Part shown: one piece after another, positions 9,272 through 17,965 of the stretch | Numbering within the stretch: the stretch's first letter is position 1 | Layout of the letters: the number at the start of each line of letters is the position of its first letter | From: a virus | IMG/VR virus record: IMGVR_UViG_3300045997_000112 | Location: 1-64,000 of that record | Length of the DNA stretch: 64,000 nucleotides | Strand: one strand, 5' to 3' | Program-made: the position numbers and the translations under genes | The notes under the pieces: model-generated | Databases searched by the model: none | What the model was told of the DNA's origin: nothing | What the model saw: the letters and a program-made list of their open reading frames with translations, nothing else

Positions 9272-9681
9272 TGCAGACGTTCCTGCCCTATGCCGACTTC
9301 GATCTGTCGGCGCAAGCACTCGATCGTCAACGACTGGGCAAGCAGCGGGTGGAGAACCTGCAGATCCTCAAGGCCCTTCTCATCGGTGGAGGCTGGCAGA
9401 ACCACCCCGCCGTCAGGATGTGGCGTGGGTACGAGGGCTCGCTGCTGCAGTACCAGATCCGCATCTGCGCGGAGTGGTCACGGCGTGGCTACGCAGACAC
9501 CTGCTTGGCCAAGTCGTTGCTACTCGCAGACGGACTGTCCTCCCAGGCGCCGCCCTGGTTGGGACGACAGGAGCTCCACCTGTCCCACCAGTCCAACCTG
9601 GTTCGCAAGGACCCACAGCACTACGGACCGATGTTCCCCAATGTCGGTCCTGATCTGGCCTACTACTGGCCCCAACAATGA
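9271..9681 (+). CDS. pyrimidine-dimer DNA glycosylase-like protein (MSMEG_6728 family)
   Basis: MQTFLPY...LD..RLGKQRVE, GWQNHPAV.MW.G, PPWLG, SHQSNL.RKDP, YYWP. Confidence 0.9.
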   Translation: MQTFLPYADFDLSAQALDRQRLGKQRVENLQILKALLIGGGWQNHPAVRMWRGYEGSLLQYQIRICAEWSRRGYADTCLAKSLLLADGLSSQAPPWLGRQELHLSHQSNLVRKDPQHYGPMFPNVGPDLAYYWPQQ

Positions 9682-9693
9682 AGGAGAACTGAA

Positions 9694-9933
9694 GTGGCAA
9701 AGGACGTTTTCATCATCGCGTGGTGCGATGAGCCCGGGTGTCGGGACGAGCACCACGACGAGATGGGCCAGACGGTCCAGACCATCGAGATCTGGGTCAA
9801 CGTCAAGGGCGGTCGCAAGACCCACCCCATCAAGGTGGACATGTGCGCCGAGCACATCGCCCAGTACCGAGGCTGGTTCACCAAGCTGGCCAAGTACGAC
9901 CAGACCAACGACCCGATCGAGGTGGAGAGCTGA
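9694..9933 (+). CDS. Lsr2 dimerisation-domain-like protein
   Basis: MAK-beta strand...TIEIWVN...IKVDMCAEHIAQYR resembles the Lsr2 N-domain; no RGR domain. Confidence 0.45.
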   Translation: MAKDVFIIAWCDEPGCRDEHHDEMGQTVQTIEIWVNVKGGRKTHPIKVDMCAEHIAQYRGWFTKLAKYDQTNDPIEVES

Positions 9934-10199
9934 TGTCAACCCAAAAGCCCACGTACGCCCACGCTGTCGCGTGGCACGCCTACGTCCAGGCCCCCGCGTA
10001 CGCCTCCAAGGCGAGCCTCAAGGAACTGGAGGAGAAGGAGGCCCCTGCGACCGCCCTCTTCGAGATCTGGCGCGAGGACGAGGAGGACGGGAAGGTGCGC
10101 CCCACCGGCCAGTGGTTCGTCTACGAGAAGGTGACCTGCCCGGTGGCCATCAAGTCCATCGAAGACAGGTTCGCGTCTGAAGGTTGGGGCAAGCCATGA
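9933..10199 (+). CDS. hypothetical protein
   Basis: TGATG coupling. Confidence 0.7.
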   Translation: MSTQKPTYAHAVAWHAYVQAPAYASKASLKELEEKEAPATALFEIWREDEEDGKVRPTGQWFVYEKVTCPVAIKSIEDRFASEGWGKP

Positions 10200-10501
10200 G
10201 CACGCAGGAGATCAGCTCCATCAGCCTGGAGTGCCGGGACATGCGCCACGCATGGCGCCGCCTCGGCGACAACATCCTCGTCGAGCGCAAGGGCAAGATT
10301 CGCGTGTTCACCCGAACGTTGGAGTGCCCACGCTGCGAGACCCTCCGCATTGACACGTACCGGATCACGGCCCAGAGCGTGGAGCGTGTGCACAGCCGGT
10401 ACGCCTACCCCAAGGGCTACCACGTCAAGGGCGGCCTCAAGGTTGGGGACGCTCGGTACCTGCTGTTCAAGGACATGACGTTCAAGGAGGAGCTGAAGTG
10501 A
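10196..10501 (+). CDS. Cys/His zinc-binding hypothetical protein
   Basis: CRD.RHAW...CPRC...Y.YP.GY pattern. Confidence 0.75.
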   Translation: MSTQEISSISLECRDMRHAWRRLGDNILVERKGKIRVFTRTLECPRCETLRIDTYRITAQSVERVHSRYAYPKGYHVKGGLKVGDARYLLFKDMTFKEELK

Positions 10502-10740
10502 GTCTCATCTCAGCTCCGGAGCAGCCCTTCGGCCCTGGTGCCCTGTGTGGCAACTGCGGGCACATGGCGATGCGCCACGACGAGAAGGGCTGCCATGGAG
10601 TCGACCCCGCAGTCGGCTGCCGGTTCGGCAGCAGGGGCACCGAGGCCCGTCCGCACAAGTGCTCGGCATTCCTCTGGAACGGGATCCGCTGGCCTCGGCC
10701 GTGGGAGTCCTCTGGCTACGAACAGGAGAAGAAGAAGTGA
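10498..10740 (+). CDS. Cys/His-rich hypothetical protein
   Basis: CGNCGH...H...C...C...C. Confidence 0.7.
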   Translation: MSLISAPEQPFGPGALCGNCGHMAMRHDEKGCHGVDPAVGCRFGSRGTEARPHKCSAFLWNGIRWPRPWESSGYEQEKKK

Positions 10741-10844
10741 ACCTCATCCGAGACATCAAGACGGTGTTCGCGGCCGTCATCTGCATCATCTGGTTCGCCA
10801 TCCTCCCCGAGGATGAGGACGACGATTGGCAGGGGATCACATGA
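10737..10844 (+). CDS. small membrane protein
   Basis: GTGA coupling; one hydrophobic helix. Confidence 0.55.
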   Translation: MNLIRDIKTVFAAVICIIWFAILPEDEDDDWQGIT

Positions 10845-10954
10845 GCAGCCTGCGCTGTCCCTGCTGCGACCACCTGTGGCCGGATCAGGCGACCTATCAG
10901 GACCACCGCGAGTACATGGCCAAGTTCGGCATGTGGCCGGAGGTGGAGGAATGA
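10841..10954 (+). CDS. C2H2-like microprotein
   Basis: ATGA coupling at both ends; CPCC...H. Confidence 0.55.
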   Translation: MSSLRCPCCDHLWPDQATYQDHREYMAKFGMWPEVEE

Positions 10955-11460
10955 CCGACGAAGAGCTCAAGACGTACGTCTACACCGGTGTGGGTGCAGC
11001 CTCCGTCTGCTGGGAGGGTGGCACAGGGTCGGCAGTCTTCCGCGAGGACCTGGCGACCGAGGTGGCCGAGCATCTGCTCAAGGTGATCCGTCGCCACGAG
11101 CAGGACGTCATGGAGGACATCGCCAGGCGCATCCGGAAGATGAAGCCCGGATACCCGCAGACGTGGGACGGCAAGGTCCTGGTCGGTCGATCGATGGCCG
11201 CCAAGGTTGCCCTTGAGGGCTCCTACGTGGAGGACGCCATGGTGGAGAAGCCCGTCGTCGAGGATGAGGGGTGCGGGTGCTGGCTGTGCGTCAACGACCG
11301 CGCCGAGCTGATCGAGGACGTAACCCAGAGGCTCACCTACCGCAGCCGGATGATCGTGTGTGCCCTCTGTGGCAACAAGCGCTGTCCCAAGGCCACCAAC
11401 CATGAGCTGGACTGCACCCTGTCCAATGATCCGGGGCAACCAGGGTCGAGGTTCGCATGA
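10951..11460 (+). CDS. hypothetical protein with C-terminal Cys cluster
   Basis: CGCWLC...MIVCALCGNKRCPKATNHELDCT.SN.PGQPGS. Confidence 0.75.
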   Translation: MTDEELKTYVYTGVGAASVCWEGGTGSAVFREDLATEVAEHLLKVIRRHEQDVMEDIARRIRKMKPGYPQTWDGKVLVGRSMAAKVALEGSYVEDAMVEKPVVEDEGCGCWLCVNDRAELIEDVTQRLTYRSRMIVCALCGNKRCPKATNHELDCTLSNDPGQPGSRFA

Positions 11461-11792
11461 GCCTCCGAGAGAAGTGCATCGAAGTCGGTCGTGAGGCCAT
11501 GGGCCGGAGTTCCAACTGGCGCTGGTGGGCTCCTCGGCACCTGGAGAGGCTGTTCGATCTCTGGGAGCCGATGATCCGCTCCGACGAGCGAGAGCGGCAG
11601 GAGATCGACTTCAATGGCCCAGCCCGCGAGGACATCCGGCGCGCACTCCGCGCCCAGATCGCCGCCGACATTGAGGCGCGCTGCGACAAGCTCTCGCACA
11701 GGGATCGCATCGCGACGCCGCCCGAGTGGCCGGTATGCGCGAAGTGCGTGCCGTACTTCAACATCGCCCAAGGTGAGTCCAGTGGGGACTGA
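11457..11792 (+). CDS. hypothetical protein
   Basis: ATGA coupling. Confidence 0.65.
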   Translation: MSLREKCIEVGREAMGRSSNWRWWAPRHLERLFDLWEPMIRSDERERQEIDFNGPAREDIRRALRAQIAADIEARCDKLSHRDRIATPPEWPVCAKCVPYFNIAQGESSGD

Positions 11793-11979
11793 ACGCCGAC
11801 CCACCGGATGGAGCCCCAGTGGTGGGCGTTTCGACAACCCGGCCCGACGGCCCCGCGTATCGGACGACGAGATCTTGTACCCCATTGGATCTCACGAGTG
11901 CTGGTGCGGGAAGCCCCAGGGGCATGACTGGCCGGGCAAGGCTGATGGCGCACCACACCCGAAGGAGGAGAAGCCGTGA
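11782..11979 (+). CDS. hypothetical protein
   Basis: CWCG...HDW motif; start uncertain. Confidence 0.5.
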   Translation: MGTERRPTGWSPSGGRFDNPARRPRVSDDEILYPIGSHECWCGKPQGHDWPGKADGAPHPKEEKP

Positions 11980-12308
11980 GGGACTACCGAGTCGAACGGG
12001 TGCAGGACGTGGCCCGTACTGAGATGGGCTACTGCGTGCAGGATCGGGACGCCAACTGGTGCACCGCCCACAACGCGCTGAAGTTCCCGGGCGAGGAGGC
12101 ATGCCGAGTGATGACGGTGGCCTACGTCCTCGCGGAGTCGGTCGCCGAAGCCATGGAGGACCTCATCAGTGCCGAGATCCGCGCCATCATTCCCGTCGTC
12201 CGGCGCAACGCCGACCCAGTCGACGTGTTCATCTCCGTCCAGGAGATGTGCGCCCGCACCGCCAGTACCGCAGGAAGAAAGACCGACACAACAGGAGTAC
12301 CCAACTGA
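11976..12308 (+). CDS. hypothetical protein
   Basis: GTGA coupling, RBS. Confidence 0.65.
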   Translation: MRDYRVERVQDVARTEMGYCVQDRDANWCTAHNALKFPGEEACRVMTVAYVLAESVAEAMEDLISAEIRAIIPVVRRNADPVDVFISVQEMCARTASTAGRKTDTTGVPN

Positions 12309-12568
12309 TGAGCTATCCCGTGATGTTCGTCCTCGAGATCGAGGTCAACAATGACGCCTTCTTCACCCAGTACGCGTCATCCGACCACGAGAACCCGGAC
12401 GAGCCAGAGTTCGCCCCCGAGCTGGAGGTGGCCCGACTGCTGCGCGAGGCCGCCACGCAGATCGAGAACCGGGGCATCGAGGCCCGCTACCTGCACGACT
12501 ACAACGGCAACCCCGTCGGGTCCTACGGCTTCGTCAACTCCGATGGTGAGCGGAAGGAGCCGTCGTGA
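12308..12568 (+). CDS. hypothetical protein
   Basis: IEVNNDAF...EVARLLR...DYNGNPVG pattern, TGATG coupling. Confidence 0.75.
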   Translation: MSYPVMFVLEIEVNNDAFFTQYASSDHENPDEPEFAPELEVARLLREAATQIENRGIEARYLHDYNGNPVGSYGFVNSDGERKEPS

Positions 12569-12810
12569 CGCTGCGGAAGAAGACGAGTGGCAAGACGGTG
12601 TGCAAGGAGTGCCCCACCCGCGTGGAGCTCAGCCCTGCCCAGATGAGCAGGCTCATGTTCGAGGCCCGTGAACTGATCTCCATGTTCCGCGACGTGGTCC
12701 AGAGCCAGACCGGACAGGACGACCAGTGGTGTGCGCGGGTGATCGAGGAGATCGACGCATACCGAGCGGGACAGGGCTGGTCCCCTGACGGATTCGGAGG
12801 GGAGTCATGA
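12565..12810 (+). CDS. hypothetical protein
   Basis: GTGA coupling. Confidence 0.65.
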   Translation: MTLRKKTSGKTVCKECPTRVELSPAQMSRLMFEARELISMFRDVVQSQTGQDDQWCARVIEEIDAYRAGQGWSPDGFGGES

Positions 12811-12998
12811 CCGACCCAAAATCCTGCCTGGTGTGCGGGGCTGATGCGGCCGACTGGGGCATCTGTGGGCCCTGCGAGGATGCCTACCGCCTCCACCAGC
12901 AGATCGACAAGAACCGGAAGGCCATGGGCCTGACCGGCGGGTGCTACCGGTGCGGGTCCAAGTTCCCGGATCACCGCTGCTCCATGGTGACGTCATGA
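12807..12998 (+). CDS. Cys-rich microprotein
   Basis: three CxxC pairs. Confidence 0.65.
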   Translation: MTDPKSCLVCGADAADWGICGPCEDAYRLHQQIDKNRKAMGLTGGCYRCGSKFPDHRCSMVTS

Positions 12999-13267
12999 AC
13001 GGGCGGCCCGACGAGTACCGGATGCGCTGCTCCGTGTGTCACAAGGGAGTGAAGCTCCTGGTGAATCCCGGGGAGACCAGGGCCAGTGCCCTGGAGAAGC
13101 TCTCTCGCCAACCGGGATGGACCGTGATCGATGGGGAGGTCATCTGCTCCGACAGCCACGATCGGGAGGGCATCTCCCTGCGCGGGGTCTTCTGGGGCCT
13201 GGGCATCTCGATGATCCTGTGGGGCCTCATCATGCTCACGGCCTGGGCGGTGCTCCAGTGGCTCTGA
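12995..13267 (+). CDS. zinc-finger membrane protein
   Basis: CSVC...C..H plus C-terminal TM helix. Confidence 0.65.
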   Translation: MNGRPDEYRMRCSVCHKGVKLLVNPGETRASALEKLSRQPGWTVIDGEVICSDSHDREGISLRGVFWGLGISMILWGLIMLTAWAVLQWL

Positions 13268-13527
13268 AGCGGATGTGCGACTGCAGCTGCACGATCGACT
13301 TCCCGGGCCAGCACGAGGTTGGCGAGGACTACGTCGTCTACGGCGGCAGGGACATCTGCCAGCAGTGTCTGGAGCTCTGCCGGGAGTGGCGGCCCTGGGG
13401 AGGCGAGCGGGTTCTCACCGAGATGGAGAAGTCGATCGCCACTGTCTTCGGCCCGTTGATCACCCAGCAGCTCGAGGCCACGTCCACATTCAGGAAGTGG
13501 ATGGGGCGTGAATCAAATCCAAGCTAA
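13258..13527 (+). CDS. Cys-rich hypothetical protein
   Basis: CDCSC...CQQC. Confidence 0.6.
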   Translation: MALKRMCDCSCTIDFPGQHEVGEDYVVYGGRDICQQCLELCREWRPWGGERVLTEMEKSIATVFGPLITQQLEATSTFRKWMGRESNPS

Positions 13528-13583
13528 CCGTAGAGCCATCATTGGTAGTACCATGGTTGGGATGGCTATATCTAGGAGGCGTC

Positions 13584-13841
13584 ATGGCCGAAGTGCTTGA
13601 GGACTTCAGCTTCACCAGCCGGGCCGAGGGATTCCCCGTCCGATACGACTGGGATGCATGGCTGGACGGCCGCGTGTGGAAGCTCCAGCACGGAGTCGAC
13701 TTCACCATCTCGCTGGCCAACCTGCGGAACTCCGTGTTCGTCGCAGCCAGCAAGCGGAACCTGAAGGTCCGCACGACCACCAACAAGGACGAGGGAACCG
13801 TCATCATCCAGGCGTTCCCCCAGGACGGTCACGCCGTCTAA
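13584..13841 (+). CDS. small putative DNA-binding protein
   Basis: AGGAGG RBS; YDWDAWLDG..W.L..G.DF pattern; AT-rich upstream region with TACCAT. Confidence 0.7.
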   Translation: MAEVLEDFSFTSRAEGFPVRYDWDAWLDGRVWKLQHGVDFTISLANLRNSVFVAASKRNLKVRTTTNKDEGTVIIQAFPQDGHAV

Positions 13842-13849
13842 CCCCAGAC

Positions 13850-13891
13850 CAGCCCCCGGCGCGTCTCGTCCCCCGTGCGCGCCGGGGGCTG
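13850..13891. terminator. bidirectional terminator hairpin where the two arms converge
   Basis: CAGCCCCCGGCGCG / CGCGCCGGGGGCTG 14-bp inverted repeat between convergent stops. Confidence 0.8.
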
Positions 13892-13904
13892 CTCCATCTG
13901 ATAG

Positions 13905-15338
13905 TTACTCGTCGGACGCCGACTGAACCTTCTGCCCGAAGATCTGGCTGAGAACACCGCCCTGAGTCGTTCGGGATGCCTCGATGCGAACGGTCTCCTT
14001 GGACTCCCCCAACTTGGCGAAGACGGCGGCCAGCTTGGCGAACCGATCCATCTCCTTGCCTACGACTGGGTCGTGGTAGCCAGAGGTCTCCTCGGCGAAC
14101 TGGGCGAACATCACCCGGGACGCCTGCATCTCGAGGATCGCTTCCGTGAGGGCGGCCATCTGCTCCCGAGTCCGAATCTGGACTGGCACATGGAACTTGC
14201 ACTGAGCCCCAGGCTGGAACGCTGGGCAGTTGGACGAGAGTGAGCAGGTGTTGCAGGACCTGACTGGAACAGCCGATCGCCGCAGGAGCGGTTGGTCGCT
14301 GATGACCATCCTGCCTTCCTCATCTGGCTGGAAGGACCGCACCACCTCAGTTTGGATGCCCGGCAGACTGGTGCCCGTTATCGGATAAGTGTCATTGGAT
14401 GTAATGGGATAGCGCTCGGGCAGCAATGGGATGACATTTTGGACTTGATCCAGACCCTCACTATCCGAAACCAAGGGAGTGGGTGCGGAAGATCGGGTAG
14501 GAGCCGATTCGTCCGAACTCTCGGATAGTACGTCGAGTATGGAAGAGTAGCCGGACTCCAGCCACCGGAACAGCCGGATGGTGTAGAGCTCGCGCTCGGC
14601 CGCGTTGCCGTCGATCAGCATCTGCAGGTCGCACCCCATGTCCTCGACGAACTTGGCGTGGCGCTTGAGCTGAGCGGCCTGCTCATTCTTGGGCGCACGG
14701 ACGACCCAGTTCCCTCCTGTGGGGACGTAGATATCACTGTGACGAAGAGCGGAGGACCAGGTGGACATGAAGATCGTGTCGAAGAGCTCGTGCCTGACGT
14801 CTCGGTCGAGGCTGAACCCGTGACAGTGGAAGGAAGTCTGGTACTCCCGCTTCAAGATTCCAATGACATTCAATGTCTGCCGGTCTTGAAGGGACGAAAC
14901 TGGTACAACTACATCCGTGTAGGACTCTCCAAGGTACTTCAGGTGGTCCAGGCCGTAGGACGGATTCCACGAGACCCAGAACTTCTCCGCGAACCGATCC
15001 TCGTCGTAGAAGTCCTCCCTCCGCTCGAGGATGTACTCCTTGCCCAAGGTTGGGGCGTCGAACTCGGTGAAGGCGAAGAACTTGCCGTACCACTGATGCA
15101 GGAACTTCTCGTAGCCCTCGGCGCCCGCGATCAGGTCGTCCTGGGTGGCATCCGTGGCCCATGCCGCACTGTCGTACAGGTAGAGCCGGACGTCATCAGG
15201 GAACCGATCGAGGTTGTTCTGAGGCGACTTGACCCGCCGCCGGAAGGAGCTGAGGGACAGGCCCATGTCGCGGACGCCCGCCCCGTAGAGCAGGTCCACA
15301 TCATTGGGAGCCTCAGCGCCCATCCAGATGAACTTCAC
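13905..15338 (-). CDS. putative TGT/DpdA-like TIM-barrel protein with C-terminal four-Cys domain
   Basis: LYLYDS, FTEFD, FHCHGF, STWS echo TGT-like barrel strands; CNTC-x4-C-x8-C followed by a helical region. Confidence 0.5.
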   Translation of the reverse strand: MKFIWMGAEAPNDVDLLYGAGVRDMGLSLSSFRRRVKSPQNNLDRFPDDVRLYLYDSAAWATDATQDDLIAGAEGYEKFLHQWYGKFFAFTEFDAPTLGKEYILERREDFYDEDRFAEKFWVSWNPSYGLDHLKYLGESYTDVVVPVSSLQDRQTLNVIGILKREYQTSFHCHGFSLDRDVRHELFDTIFMSTWSSALRHSDIYVPTGGNWVVRAPKNEQAAQLKRHAKFVEDMGCDLQMLIDGNAAERELYTIRLFRWLESGYSSILDVLSESSDESAPTRSSAPTPLVSDSEGLDQVQNVIPLLPERYPITSNDTYPITGTSLPGIQTEVVRSFQPDEEGRMVISDQPLLRRSAVPVRSCNTCSLSSNCPAFQPGAQCKFHVPVQIRTREQMAALTEAILEMQASRVMFAQFAEETSGYHDPVVGKEMDRFAKLAAVFAKLGESKETVRIEASRTTQGGVLSQIFGQKVQSASDE

Positions 15339-15386
15339 TTAGGACACCTGCAGAGGTCCTCGCGCTGCTCACATTTCTCGCACCAG

Positions 15387-15788
15387 TCATCCGAGATCAT
15401 GCTCGACTCCCTTCATCAACTGGCCCCAGGTGGGACGCTCCGGCCGCCATCGGGGATCCACGAAGTCAGAGGCGCCCACCAGCAGGACAGTGATGCCCTG
15501 CTCGAAGATCTTCCGAGCCTCCATGTCGTCAGGGGTCATGGCGAAATGGACGTGTGCCTGCACCCTCTCGTAGGCCAGGGCCTCAAGGACGGTCCCCTCG
15601 TGGATGCGTGCCCAACCCAAAAGCCCGTTGCGCTTGAGGTAGCCCTCGGTCTGGTCCTGGGTGAGGCTGCTGGCGAGGACCACCCGGTAGTTGCCCACCA
15701 GCACCTTGTAGAGCACCTGGCCGAGCTGGAACGGGTGTCCTTGGTCCGTCCTGATCAGCCCGTCGAACGGGACAACGACCGTCGACAT
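15387..15788 (-). CDS. HAD-like fold protein (degenerate)
   Basis: N-terminal VVVPFDGLI resembles hhhDxDG. Confidence 0.5.
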   Translation of the reverse strand: MSTVVVPFDGLIRTDQGHPFQLGQVLYKVLVGNYRVVLASSLTQDQTEGYLKRNGLLGWARIHEGTVLEALAYERVQAHVHFAMTPDDMEARKIFEQGITVLLVGASDFVDPRWRPERPTWGQLMKGVEHDLG

Positions 15789-15789
15789 G

Positions 15790-16689
15790 TCACCGCTCGT
15801 CCTGGTACATCATTGCCCGGATCACGAGCTCCTTCACGTCTGGGAAGGCCATCCCGTACTGCGCCATGGCCTGCTCCGAGATGCCCTTCCGGTGCTGCTC
15901 GGAGAGGACCCTCAGGGCAGGAACCACCCCACTGGCCTTGGCCGTCTGCCAGCGCACGTTGGCCGGATCGCTGTACCCGTGCCCTCCGGGACCGAACGCC
16001 GCCTTGCGGTTGCTGTGGATGCTCTCGAACAGGGCGTGCCCCTGGGCCATGGCGGCGCTCAGAGAGCTCGCGTGGGCCTTCCTCAGCTCCGGGCGCAGGT
16101 CGCGGCGCTCCAGGGCCGTACGGGCCCGTGTGTAGCGATCCAGGATCTCCTGGGCCTTGGTGGTGTCCCCGAAGGCGTTCGGATCGAAGGACGGCGGGGC
16201 CTGCAACGTCGGCTGGACGTGCCAGACGTCCTTGGTGAGGCTGTAGGCCGCGTAGGGGTTCATCTTCCGGATGTCCGGCTCCGGGTTGTTGTACCAAGTC
16301 ATCTCGTAGCGGTCCCACCAGTTGTCCTGGTTGAGGTTCTTCCGCATGTGACTGTTGAGGACCCAGGCGATCTCGTTGTCCGTGAGGCCCCGAAGGTTGG
16401 CGTTGTGGGCGCGGAACTCGGGGTAGTCCACGCTCACCAGCATGTCGAGGTCCGCGTGCGGGCCCTCCTGCCATTGGTAGGACGCCCCGGACCCGGCGAG
16501 GTGGACCTCGGCCCACGCCGACGGGTTGTTGTACCCGATGTTCTTGTGGAAGTGCTCGAGCAGCTGCTTCCGGACATGTGCATGCATCCGGCCCTCGGCG
16601 AAGAGGTCCGGGTCCAACGATGGCTTGCCCGGGGAGAACATTGAGGAGCTCCCCGGGGTAAGGGCAACGTCGGGCAGGTCACTCGGCAT
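15790..16689 (-). CDS. Pol-beta-family nucleotidyltransferase
   Basis: LAGSGASYQW...DLDMLV (hGS...DxD). Confidence 0.75.
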   Translation of the reverse strand: MPSDLPDVALTPGSSSMFSPGKPSLDPDLFAEGRMHAHVRKQLLEHFHKNIGYNNPSAWAEVHLAGSGASYQWQEGPHADLDMLVSVDYPEFRAHNANLRGLTDNEIAWVLNSHMRKNLNQDNWWDRYEMTWYNNPEPDIRKMNPYAAYSLTKDVWHVQPTLQAPPSFDPNAFGDTTKAQEILDRYTRARTALERRDLRPELRKAHASSLSAAMAQGHALFESIHSNRKAAFGPGGHGYSDPANVRWQTAKASGVVPALRVLSEQHRKGISEQAMAQYGMAFPDVKELVIRAMMYQDER

Positions 16690-16882
16690 TGATGCTGCCC
16701 GCCTTCATCAGATCGTGGACGTACCCGCTGGTCATCACGATGTCTGACGCAACCGCCTCTCGCTGGGCGTCGAAGGGCAGGCGACTGATCACCTTCACCT
16801 CACCGCTGGGCATCATCACCACGGCATACACGTACACCGGGATGGGCTGCTCCTCAGTGGGCTGCTCGGGTGCCTCACTCAC
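16679..16882 (-). CDS. hypothetical protein
   Basis: overlap coupling. Confidence 0.65.
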   Translation of the reverse strand: MSEAPEQPTEEQPIPVYVYAVVMMPSGEVKVISRLPFDAQREAVASDIVMTSGYVHDLMKAGSINAE

Positions 16883-17060
16883 TGGGCACCTCCGCAGCCA
16901 TCAGCTCCAACCATGCACCGGGGGCGTAGAGATGCAGGATGGACCGGTTCTCCCCCATCAGCCACAGGGCGCCATCCTGCAGCTGGATGGAGTGCACGTC
17001 GTGGTAGTCATGAAGGTCCCCGTCGCTGTCCACGACGATGAACGATCCGGTCTCAGGCAT
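16875..17060 (-). CDS. hypothetical protein
   Basis: overlap coupling, RBS. Confidence 0.6.
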   Translation of the reverse strand: MPETGSFIVVDSDGDLHDYHDVHSIQLQDGALWLMGENRSILHLYAPGAWLELMAAEVPSE

Positions 17061-17217
17061 GGAACTCCTCGGCCTTCTTCTCGATGTAGCAGGTGCAGAC
17101 CTTGACTCGTGTCAACGCCTCGTACGCCAACGTGAGCTCCGCCTCGAGGTCCCGAACCTTCTTCTCCAGCTGACTGATCTTGGCGTCACGAACGTCCAAC
17201 GTTGAGTTCTGGATCAT
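17053..17217 (-). CDS. small coiled-coil protein (54 aa)
   Basis: ATGA coupling; MIQNSTLDVRDAKISQLEKKVRDLE. Confidence 0.6.
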   Translation of the reverse strand: MIQNSTLDVRDAKISQLEKKVRDLEAELTLAYEALTRVKVCTCYIEKKAEEFHA

Positions 17218-17708
17218 TGTGCCGCCATCTTCTCGTAGTGCAGGCGCACGGGGCAGAACGAACAGAGGTGGATCTTGGGGAGTGCGCGAGTGCTGAGCCC
17301 GGCCTCTTTGCGCTCGGCCGCCGTCTTGGGCTTCAGCTCCTTCTTCTCACTGTTGAAGTCACCGCAGCCACCCTTGGGGCGGTTGTGCGCCTTGAAGCAG
17401 ATGAGGGCGTCCTCCTTGAAGGTGTTCCGCACCTCGTAGAACGAGGGATCGAACGCGGCCAGACCCTCGTTGAACCCCATCATCTGCTTGATCAGGGTGT
17501 CCCGGGCCTCGGGCATCATCCAGATCCCAATGGGGAGCCTGAACAGCTGGCCCATGTGGTTGGGGTGCTCCTGCACGACGTACTCCAGGAACACGTCGTC
17601 ATCCGGATGGCCCTGGAAGTCCGGGAGCTCCTCGAGGTTCCGGCAGTCCCGGCAGACCAGGACGCGCATGTGTGGAGCATCAGCGTAAGCATCTGGAGCA
17701 ACAGTCAT
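17214..17708 (-). CDS. Cys/His-rich hypothetical protein
   Basis: LVCRDC..LEELP, C...H.RP..C, LCSFCPV; TAGCAT 7 nt before ATG. Confidence 0.75.
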   Translation of the reverse strand: MTVAPDAYADAPHMRVLVCRDCRNLEELPDFQGHPDDDVFLEYVVQEHPNHMGQLFRLPIGIWMMPEARDTLIKQMMGFNEGLAAFDPSFYEVRNTFKEDALICFKAHNRPKGGCGDFNSEKKELKPKTAAERKEAGLSTRALPKIHLCSFCPVRLHYEKMAAQ

Positions 17709-17736
17709 GGTTGGAATGCTACCCAACCTTTGGAGA

Positions 17737-17964
17737 TTAGCTACCGATGCCGGGGTACTTCTTCCGAACGGCGTTCTTGACGCGGCGCTGCTCCGCCTCG
17801 CTGCCATGCTTGGCCACCATCGCCAGCGCCAGGCGCGCGTGCTTCGCATCGGGGATCGGGTAGCTGCCCGGCTCCTTCTTGCCCTTGACCGACTTGGCCG
17901 CTGGCTTGTTGGCGAAATCAGACTTGGGGAGCTTCGCCCGCTCCGCTGCTGTGAGCCTGGCCAT
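17737..17964 (-). CDS. small basic protein
   Basis: LPKSDFA...SYPIPDAKHARLALA...V.KKYP motif. Confidence 0.75.
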   Translation of the reverse strand: MARLTAAERAKLPKSDFANKPAAKSVKGKKEPGSYPIPDAKHARLALAMVAKHGSEAEQRRVKNAVRKKYPGIGS

Positions 17965-17965
17965 G

